Below, piece by piece: positions 57,405 to 64,000 of a stretch of DNA of 64,000 nucleotides. Position 1 is the first letter of the stretch; each line of letters opens with the position of its first letter. Source of the DNA: Candidatus Parcubacteria bacterium (lineage in GTDB: Bacteria > Patescibacteriota > Minisyncoccia > UBA6257 > 2-01-FULL-56-20); contig DAIEHA010000003.1 of assembly GCA_027355945.1 (NCBI GenBank), positions 5,769 through 69,768 on the forward strand, in the 5' to 3' direction. Made by a program: the position numbers and the translations under genes. The notes under the pieces are model-generated. The model did not search any database. It saw only the letters and a program-made list of their open reading frames with translations, and had not been told where the DNA came from.

Positions 57405-57437
57405 AGTTACTATTATATAGAAATAGGGGACAAACAT

Positions 57438-57461
57438 AAAACCCCGGGGTTCCGGGGTCTT
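57438..57461 (-). terminator. Intrinsic terminator after the major pilin
   Basis: Minus strand reads AAGACCCCGG-AACC-CCGGGGTTTT. Confidence 0.75.
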
Positions 57462-57486
57462 ATGGAGAAAACGTTCCTCGCGTGCG

Positions 57487-58116
57487 TTAGAGGTTTACGT
57501 TCGTTCCTGCTTCGTACGTGCTGGTGCTGTTGCCGCCGTCGCCGGTCTCAATGTCTCCCGAACCGCCCGCTTGATACTTGGTGCTTTCCATCTTTGACGC
57601 AATCTTATACTGGGTCCCATTGGTCAAATACGTATACAGACAAGGTGAAGCGCTTACGCAATTCGTGTTCTGTGCAGTCCCGAGCGGATCGATCGGAAGC
57701 GATCCGAACGGAGCTCCCGAGCTGATCCCGGCGAAGTTGATCGGGATCCATCCCGTATCATTCACCGCGCGGCTCGTCGCAGACGATGTTGCGGTCGCAT
57801 CAGCGGCATTATATCCCCATCCGGTAGGAGTGGAAGATGACTGGAAGGTGGCAAGCAAGGGAATATTCGCTCCGGCGTATGCCGCAACGATCGTTCCTGC
57901 AGTACCCATATTCGTCGTTGACACGTCCACTTGATAGAGCGAGATAGCGCTCTTAAGCGTCGCGAAGTCAGAGACCCTGTTCGAGTCGCGCGACTGGGCG
58001 AGCAACTGTGCGGGATTCAACGTGAGCACCACGACGACCGCCAAGATCGCGATAATGGCGATGACGACGAGGAGTTCGATGAGCGTAAAACCCTTTCTAT
58101 TGTTAATGATCTTCAT
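57487..58116 (-). CDS. Type IV pilin, probably the major pilin
   Basis: RKG/FTLIELLVVIAIIAIL, SRD..R..D and LPIDP; has its own promoter and terminator. Start set at ATG 58116. Confidence 0.92.
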   Translation of the reverse strand: MKIINNRKGFTLIELLVVIAIIAILAVVVVLTLNPAQLLAQSRDSNRVSDFATLKSAISLYQVDVSTTNMGTAGTIVAAYAGANIPLLATFQSSSTPTGWGYNAADATATSSATSRAVNDTGWIPINFAGISSGAPFGSLPIDPLGTAQNTNCVSASPCLYTYLTNGTQYKIASKMESTKYQAGGSGDIETGDGGNSTSTYEAGTNVNL

Positions 58117-58182
58117 TTTTTGCGCGCAAATTTTTAAGATATTCCGACCTTTTACGTGATTTAATGATACCACAATGGCCCC

Positions 58183-58926
58183 TTATCCCTTTGCAACACT
58201 GTGGATAACTTGAAGGAAATCTTCGGGAAGCGGGGCTTCGAAGGTGAAACGGTTTCCCGCGCCGTCATCCCATGCAAGCGATGCCGCATGAAGCATGAGG
58301 CGCGATGCCGCATGTGCGGCGCGTTTCCCACCGTAAAGGCGATCTCCGAGGATGGGATGTCCTATGCTCGCAAGATGGACGCGGATCTGATGCGTACGCC
58401 CCGTGCGCGGACGCGCCTCGACGAGCGCATACGCCCCACCGGCGAAACGCTCCTTCACGGCATACTCCGTCACCGCGTCCTTTGCCATCGTCGTCACGTG
58501 CACGCTCCTCTTCAGTGTGCCGCTCCTGATGCCGATCGGACGATCGATCGTTCCCCGCAGGGGGTCGGGCGTCCCCGCGGTGAGCGCAAGGTAGGACTTC
58601 TTCATGGCATGCGACTGGAAAAGCGATTTCAGATGTGCGAATGAGGATTGCGTCCGTGCGGCGATCATCACCCCCGACGTCTCCTTGTCGAGGCGATGCA
58701 CGATCCCGGGACGATATTCGGGATCGTCGCCGACGCTCGCCATCTCGGGGTAGCGGGCCGCGAGCCATCCCGCAAGCGTGGGCTCGGCGCGGCGCGCCTC
58801 ATCCACATTCCCCGCGCGCTCCTTTGCGGCGCCCACCCGCACCCGGTGCACCAAAAGTCCCGTCGGTTTCACGACGGCGACGAAGTCACGATTCTCGAAG
58901 ATCACCTCGGGTCCTGGAACATCCAT
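58183..58926 (-). CDS. RluA/RluD-family pseudouridine synthase
   Basis: KPTGLLVH, GIVHRLDKETSG, TGRTHQIRVHL...GHPILGD..YG and LMLHA. Confidence 0.93.
   Translation of the reverse strand: MDVPGPEVIFENRDFVAVVKPTGLLVHRVRVGAAKERAGNVDEARRAEPTLAGWLAARYPEMASVGDDPEYRPGIVHRLDKETSGVMIAARTQSSFAHLKSLFQSHAMKKSYLALTAGTPDPLRGTIDRPIGIRSGTLKRSVHVTTMAKDAVTEYAVKERFAGGAYALVEARPRTGRTHQIRVHLASIGHPILGDRLYGGKRAAHAASRLMLHAASLAWDDGAGNRFTFEAPLPEDFLQVIHSVAKG
58200..58208 (-). promoter_or_regulatory. Perfect DnaA box just upstream of the pilin promoter, inside the 3' end of the RluA gene
   Basis: TGTGGATAA at 58200-58208; the pilin -10 (TG-TG-G-TATCAT) is at 58164-58169. Confidence 0.5.
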
Positions 58927-59041
58927 GGCATTCTCCCCATTATAAAGCACTGCGCGCCCGACGTCCTCCGTGACGGACGGATCCCCTTCTCTGGTTGCAA
59001 AATTCCCCAAATTTCCTATTATACATAGGTCCGTGGTACGC

Positions 59042-59113
59042 GCGTCCTTAGCTCAGTGGTAGAGCGTCACATTGACATTGTGAAGGCCGGAGGTCCGATC
59101 CCTCCAGGACGCA
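59042..59113 (+). tRNA. tRNA-Val(GAC), CCA not encoded, T-loop TCCGA
   Basis: Acceptor GCGTCCT/AGGACGC, anticodon arm TCACA-TTGACAT-TGTGA. Confidence 0.94.
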
Positions 59114-59181
59114 CCGATCGGCCCGTCGGCCGGTCGCATGGTGATCGGAACACGCCGGAACGGTCCGGCACGCAGCAGCCT

Positions 59182-59253
59182 GGGCGGCTAGTTCAGTGGT
59201 AGAACGCTGTCCTGATAAGACAGAGGTCATAGGTTCGATTCCTATGCCGCCCA
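59182..59253 (+). tRNA. tRNA-Ile(GAT), CCA not encoded
   Basis: Acceptor GGGCGGC/GCCGCCC, anticodon arm CTGTC-CTGATAA-GACAG, T-arm AGGTTCGATTCCT. Confidence 0.95.
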
Positions 59254-59342
59254 CATCCTCAGTCCGCATTCCCGCATGATTGGCGGGGCATCCTGATCCC
59301 GGACGGCCTCACATGCCGGCCGCGATCCCTTATTATTCCCTA

Positions 59343-59951
59343 CTACTCCTTTCGGGCCCCTTTCTGTTTCTGATAGGTAAGGAACGTGGGGACGAGCGAC
59401 ACGACGACGACAAGCACGACGAGCGGCAGGAGATACCGGTCGATATTCGGGACGACCGCGCCGAGGAAATATCCGAGGACCGTCACGGCGAAGCTCCACA
59501 GCGCGCACCCGATGATATCGAACATGAGAAATGTACGATAGCGCATCTTGCCGACGCCGCCGAGGAGCGGCGCAAAAGCGCGGATGACGGGGATATAGCG
59601 CTGCACGATGAACGTCGATCTGCCGTAATGTTCGAAGAACGCCTCCGTCCTTAAAAGGTTCGTCTGGTTGAAGATGAAGGAATTCTTCTCGAACACCTTG
59701 CGTCCCAGTTTTTTCCCTATGAAATAGCCCGCATTATCCCCTGCAAGCGCCGTAAGGAAGATGACCGGGACAAGGAGATAGATGTCGAAGACTCCGCGCG
59801 CCGCAAGGAGGCCTGCGAGGAAGATGAGGCTGTCCCCGGGAAGCACGAATCCGAGGAGCAGTCCTGATTCGGCGAACACGATGGCCCCGATCCCCGGATA
59901 ACCGAAGGTCCTGATTATATAAGTGAGGATGGCGGTGATATCAAACGGCAT
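59343..59951 (-). CDS. DedA family membrane protein (second copy)
   Basis: FAESGLL.GF.LPGDSL, GDNAGY, RYIPVIRAFAP and G...M.Y..F. Confidence 0.93.
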   Translation of the reverse strand: MPFDITAILTYIIRTFGYPGIGAIVFAESGLLLGFVLPGDSLIFLAGLLAARGVFDIYLLVPVIFLTALAGDNAGYFIGKKLGRKVFEKNSFIFNQTNLLRTEAFFEHYGRSTFIVQRYIPVIRAFAPLLGGVGKMRYRTFLMFDIIGCALWSFAVTVLGYFLGAVVPNIDRYLLPLVVLVVVVSLVPTFLTYQKQKGARKE

Positions 59952-60573
59952 GGGAGGACGCGAGATCGAGCGGACGGCCTTTGGACCGGAAGACGAAAAG
60001 CTTGTAGCCCGCGAAGTTCCAGATGAGATTGAGCGCCGTCGCCGCGACGGCAGCCACGTTATCCCACCGTATCTGGGAAAAGCCGAGGGGCGGCCTCATG
60101 ACGCCCACGATGAGCGCGGTAGTGCCGACGTTCACCAGGAAACCGACGAGGGTGACCGCGGCGAACCGCATGAACTCCTTCCGGGTGCGCGAGTATGCGG
60201 CCTCGCCGTCGAACGTCCATATGCGGTTCAGTTCATAGCTCCCGAAAAGCGCGCAGAGGAACGAGAACGATTTGAACGCCACGATCGGCATTCCCGTTGC
60301 AGATCCCGTGAGGACGATGAGCGTGTCGAACACGAAGAAATCGACGCCCGTATTGAGGACGCCTACGATGAGGAACTTGGCGAACTTATGGAACACGTGT
60401 CCATGGAACCAGCGGTGCGCGAGCGCGACGCCAAGCACCGAGAGGAGGGGGATCGCCGCGAGTGCGGCGAACGTCTCCCCGCGCGCAAGCGAAAGATGGC
60501 GAAACACGAAAAACCAGAGCACGCTTGCCGCAAGCCCTATTCCGAGTGCCATTTTATAATCGCGCGCAGGCAT
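59941..60573 (-). CDS. GtrA family protein
   Basis: KFLIVGVLNTGVDF, SY.LNRIWTF and WNFAGYKLFVF; overlaps the DedA start. Confidence 0.88.
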   Translation of the reverse strand: MPARDYKMALGIGLAASVLWFFVFRHLSLARGETFAALAAIPLLSVLGVALAHRWFHGHVFHKFAKFLIVGVLNTGVDFFVFDTLIVLTGSATGMPIVAFKSFSFLCALFGSYELNRIWTFDGEAAYSRTRKEFMRFAAVTLVGFLVNVGTTALIVGVMRPPLGFSQIRWDNVAAVAATALNLIWNFAGYKLFVFRSKGRPLDLASSHAV

Positions 60574-60882
60574 GATGGATATGGGATGATACTATGACCC
60601 GTATAGAATACTATACATCGCCCCCTCTTGAACCTCCAGCGCGCGCGTGCATGGAACAGCGCGCCGCATGCGTATAGTTAAGAGTACCTCCATATGCAGA
60701 GGAAGGGACTCCCGTACAGAGGAAAAGGCCCGGATCCGAACCCCGTGAGACCGGAACCGAAAAAGGGCGAGCATGACGGAAAGAGACCGGAAAACCCGCC
60801 ATTCGAACGCCTGCGAGGGCGCGGAACGACCTGCTGGGACGATCCTTCAGCGCATGGTACAATGAACCACCGTACGGGGCCC

Positions 60883-62118
60883 ATGCACCTGCATACCCCT
60901 CCCGAAACAGCTGCTCACCGGACCATGCACGCATCATCAAAGGAAGACGCATCCTCCCCGCCGCATACGGACAAAGGCTCGCGCAAAAAATCGATCGCGA
61001 AGCGGATCGTATATTATTCCGGCGCCGCCATCACATTCCTTGCCGTGGGAGGGTTTCTTTTCATAAAACTGAACACGGGCGCCGCAGCGACGTTCGCAGA
61101 CCAGGCGCTGCGTCCCGCGATCGGCGATAATCAGGTGATATTCCTCGAAGGGATCTATTTCCAGATGGCCGATCTTTTCGACCGGATAAAATATTCCATA
61201 GTGAAACCGCCGAACCTCTATATTGCGAGCGGGAGCATCCCTATTTCGGCGCCCCAGATGCAGGGACAGGCGGTTTCTTCGACACTCGCTCTCTCCCCCA
61301 TTGCGGTGCCCGGCGTGACGCCCGCGGACGGGGCCGGGGTGTGGCGGAACATCCCTCTCGATCTTTTCCCGGGGCAGATCGTCATGGCGGATACATTCGT
61401 GAATCCCGATCCCTCCCGTCCGTATGCGTTCGTCACCCTCGTGCAGATGGATATGTCGCGGCTGCGGCTCTCGAGCGTCGCAGGGACGCAGGAACCGGGT
61501 GCAAAAGCGGGCAAACCGGGGCCCGGCATCATTCCGAGGACCGTACAGGAGAGCGGCGCGCTCGTCGCGGCATTCAACGGAGGGTTCCAATACCGGGACG
61601 GGCGATATGGGATGATCGTGGGAAAGACCACCTATCTCCCCCTCAAGAAGGACCTTGCCACGCTTGTCGCATACGCCGACGGCACCCTGCGCATCGTGAA
61701 ATATGAAGGACAGGACCTCGGGACGAATATCGTGTTCATCCGGCAGAATTGTCCCATGCTCATCGAGAACGGCGTCGTCGCATCGAACGACCAAGCGAAC
61801 AAGAAACTGTGGGGGCGGACGGTGAGCCCCGGCATCTACACGTGGCGCTCAGGGATCGGCATCACCGCGAGCGGCACTCTCGTATACGCGGTCGGCAATT
61901 CCCTCACACCCGCCACGCTCGCCACGGCGCTCCAGGCCGCAGGCGCAGTGAACGCCATGCAGCTCGATATCAATCCCTTCTGGGTGAGATTCAACGTCTT
62001 CGATCATTTCGCGAGCGGCACCTACACGCACTTCACCGTCATGAACGGCATCCAGGACGGCGCATATCAATATCTTCATGGATATCAAAAGGACTTCTTC
62101 TACGTGACCAAGGCGTAG
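60883..62118 (+). CDS. Membrane-anchored phosphodiester glycosidase (NAGPA-like) family protein
   Basis: AAFNGGF, TWRSGIGIT, AMQLDIN and one TM helix. Start uncertain (60694, 60883 or 60925); TG-G-TACAAT at 60858 favours a downstream start. Confidence 0.75.
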   Translation: MHLHTPPETAAHRTMHASSKEDASSPPHTDKGSRKKSIAKRIVYYSGAAITFLAVGGFLFIKLNTGAAATFADQALRPAIGDNQVIFLEGIYFQMADLFDRIKYSIVKPPNLYIASGSIPISAPQMQGQAVSSTLALSPIAVPGVTPADGAGVWRNIPLDLFPGQIVMADTFVNPDPSRPYAFVTLVQMDMSRLRLSSVAGTQEPGAKAGKPGPGIIPRTVQESGALVAAFNGGFQYRDGRYGMIVGKTTYLPLKKDLATLVAYADGTLRIVKYEGQDLGTNIVFIRQNCPMLIENGVVASNDQANKKLWGRTVSPGIYTWRSGIGITASGTLVYAVGNSLTPATLATALQAAGAVNAMQLDINPFWVRFNVFDHFASGTYTHFTVMNGIQDGAYQYLHGYQKDFFYVTKA

Positions 62119-62154
62119 GAGTGCGCGCGAGACGCGGTGCGCCGCCCTGCATGA

Positions 62155-63372
62155 TCAGGGCTCGAACGCGACGGTCCCCAGTGTTACGCCCCATATGGTA
62201 TTGATCGTGGTGAACGTCGCGGAGATCGGTCCTGCCGAAGATTGGATCGCATATGCCGCACCACCGCCGTTCACGCCTGGCGCATTGACCGCGAGAGTGA
62301 ACGGTGATGCCACCGTGGTGCCTCCCGGATCGTTATGGCCGTTGGCGAGCAAGAGTGTCGCAACAAAATCGCCGTTCACCGTCGTCGTGGCCGTAGGTGT
62401 CGCGCATGGACAGATACTTCCGGATCCCAGCACCGTATACGCATCCACCACCGGCTTGACCCCGGTGATCTCCTCGCCGACCGTGCCTATCCAATCCCCA
62501 CCGCCGCTTTCGACAAACATGGCGGCGCAGGAAGACGAAGCGCCCGAACCGATCGGGGCATACCATAATCCAAACCCATCCGTAGTGGTCCCAAGCGCAG
62601 TCCATGTCACTCCGCATCCCGAGATGATGGGGCTCGATGTGGCGCTCGAACCGCTGACCGCTGCAAGCAGGACGTCTCCGGGAATGACCGGTGAAGGAAA
62701 TGTGCAGGTGATCGAACTTGAATAGACGCCTCCGGCGCCACACGCCTGTTGTACGCCGATATGCCCCGGACGGTAATCGATGGGCAGGAGCGAGAGCGAG
62801 CTTCCCTTCACATAAAGATCGTTATAAGGCCCCCCGCTATTGGCCGCGACCGAAGCGTATTTCTGGGATTCGAAATTTGCGGATATCTCGAACTGCGAGC
62901 CTCCGTTCGTCGTGTATGTATAATAGAGCCCGCTGGACGATTGATTGACGGGATCGACGGGAAGCGCGGAAAGTGCGTTCCCGACGGTGCCACTCGCAAA
63001 ATTAACAGGAATCCATCCGGATCCGTTGGTGTTCCGGTAATCCGCCACCGAAGCGCATTGATACGTCCACCCCTGCGGAAGCGAACTGCTCGAAAGCCCT
63101 ATCCCGGAACAAGTGCTCGTTGCGCCTGCGGGGATGGTCGGATCGGGAAGCGAAAGATAGAGGACGTCGGGCGTGCCGGGCGAAGCGGAATCGATATTCT
63201 TGAGCGATAACGCCGAGGTCAGGGTGTTGACATCGGACACACGGTTCGCGTCCCTCGATTGCTTCAGAAGCTCGGCGGGATTGAGGACGAGGACCACGAC
63301 GACCGCGAGGATCGCGATGATGGCAATGACGACGAGAAGCTCGATGAGGGTGAAGGCCCTGCGGAGAGACAT
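62155..63372 (-). CDS. Type IV pilin with a C-terminal beta-rich extension domain
   Basis: RRA/FTLIELLVVIAIIAIL; N-terminal half is paralogous to the 57487 pilin, followed by about 200 extra Ser/Thr/Gly-rich residues. Confidence 0.88.
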   Translation of the reverse strand: MSLRRAFTLIELLVVIAIIAILAVVVVLVLNPAELLKQSRDANRVSDVNTLTSALSLKNIDSASPGTPDVLYLSLPDPTIPAGATSTCSGIGLSSSSLPQGWTYQCASVADYRNTNGSGWIPVNFASGTVGNALSALPVDPVNQSSSGLYYTYTTNGGSQFEISANFESQKYASVAANSGGPYNDLYVKGSSLSLLPIDYRPGHIGVQQACGAGGVYSSSITCTFPSPVIPGDVLLAAVSGSSATSSPIISGCGVTWTALGTTTDGFGLWYAPIGSGASSSCAAMFVESGGGDWIGTVGEEITGVKPVVDAYTVLGSGSICPCATPTATTTVNGDFVATLLLANGHNDPGGTTVASPFTLAVNAPGVNGGGAAYAIQSSAGPISATFTTINTIWGVTLGTVAFEP

Positions 63373-63418
63373 AGGATAATGGTAGCAAATACAATCTGGA
63401 AGAAATATCGTCTCCCCC

Positions 63419-64000
63419 CTATCCCTTCAGATATCCCCTCGTGATCGGGCCGAGATATCCGGTGGCAGGGATGCCATGGGATGCCTGGAATGCGATGAGA
63501 GCCTCCTTCGTGGCAGGTCCGAAGTAATCGGTCTCATGGCCAAGGGATCCGGGAGCCCCGGGGATGGAGGATACCGGGAATCCATGGGAATCGAGATATG
63601 CCTGAAGGTCTCCCACATCCGCTCCCCTGTCCCCAAGAGAGAGATCGCGGGGGAAGGAGGAAGAGGAGGATGCAGGGAAAGAGAGGGATCCCTGCGGGAG
63701 CGTGAAGGGGGTATACGGGAGGGAAAGGCCCTGGGACTGCGCGAGGACGAGGAGCGCATTGAAGGTCTTCTCAAGCGAGACGAGCGCAGGAAGAAGGGGT
63801 GCGGAGGGTGATGGGATGGAAGCGGAAGAGGGAGCGGAAGGAAGGGAAGGAGAGGATGCGGGGATGGAAGAGGGAGCGGGAGAAGGAGAGGGAGCGGGAG
63901 ATGCTGCGGGCGGGGCTGCGGGAACGCCTCCTGCAGCAACCTGGACGACAAGGGAGGGGGGAAGGGTCACGATGATCGATGCGGTAGCCGTGGAGGAAGC
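63419..64000 (-). CDS. Peptidoglycan-binding (PG_binding_1) domain protein, C-terminal part only
   Basis: RDLSLGDRGADVGDLQAYL...YFGPATKEALIAFQ..HGIPATGYLGPITR preceded by a Pro/Ser linker; the frame is open to the window edge. Confidence 0.85.
   Translation of the reverse strand, partial: ASSTATASIIVTLPPSLVVQVAAGGVPAAPPAASPAPSPSPAPSSIPASSPSLPSAPSSASIPSPSAPLLPALVSLEKTFNALLVLAQSQGLSLPYTPFTLPQGSLSFPASSSSSFPRDLSLGDRGADVGDLQAYLDSHGFPVSSIPGAPGSLGHETDYFGPATKEALIAFQASHGIPATGYLGPITRGYLKG

Noticed and set aside
60690-60860. Possible RNase P/SRP-like ncRNA (GAGGAA repeats, two GAGACCGGAA copies)
   Set aside because: It lacks GAGGAAAGTCC and the remaining conserved helices; it is more simply intergenic sequence or an N-terminal extension of the NAGPA-like gene.
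57487-63372. Pilin antigenic-variation cassettes or DGR-type template/variable repeats
   Set aside because: The two pilins are similar at protein level but diverged at synonymous sites, and both are full genes with their own promoters. No silent cassettes, recombinase, reverse transcriptase or adenine-specific repeat pair were seen.
63790-63965. Purine-rich short repeats (GAGGGAGCGG) suggesting a repeat array
   Set aside because: They encode the Pro/Ser/Ala linker of the PG-binding protein; there is no regular repeat-spacer structure, so this is not CRISPR.
1-64000. Alternative genetic code (TGA=Gly) as in Gracilibacteria/Absconditabacteria
   Set aside because: Conserved genes such as pilM, ftsA and topA end at TGA at the expected lengths, and none needs read-through.

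Overview
A GC-rich bacterial chromosome segment using the standard code (TGA acts as stop). Gene content and protein forms point to a Patescibacteria/CPR genome, most likely Parcubacteria; this is inference from the N-terminally trimmed IF2, tandem-domain ThyX, cluster-less MutY, secretin-free type IV pilus genes and many orphan secreted proteins. The window holds: (i) type IV pilus and competence genes in several loci (pilM-pilN-pilO-small PilP-like-pilB1-pilT with comF; a second PilO-like pair beside dprA-topA; major pilin-pilB2-pilC-minor pilins-PilM/PilN fusion; an extended pilin); (ii) an ECF sigma factor with a putative anti-sigma; (iii) nucleotide metabolism (thyX, tmk, dcd, pyrD, a cobalamin adenosyltransferase divergent from a class II B12-dependent ribonucleotide reductase); (iv) glycerate kinase-ppsA-D-2-hydroxyacid dehydrogenase; (v) housekeeping genes (infB, rbfA, ftsEX, ftsAZ, ybeY, rpsU, hisS, lepB, pth, rmuC, RluA-family); (vi) six CCA-less tRNA genes; (vii) an accessory block after tRNA-Ser with a P-type H+ ATPase; and (viii) several cell-wall or glycan-active secreted proteins. 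I saw no CRISPR array, rRNA, integrase or transposase. The most interesting signals are regulatory: a perfect DnaA box inside the spacer of an ECF-type promoter of the ECF gene itself, further DnaA boxes at pilin and competence promoters, pervasive leaderless promoter architecture, tRNAs lacking U55 where truB normally sits, and structured leaders upstream of nrdJ, a 3D-domain gene and an RRM gene. All calls were made by eye, without database searches.
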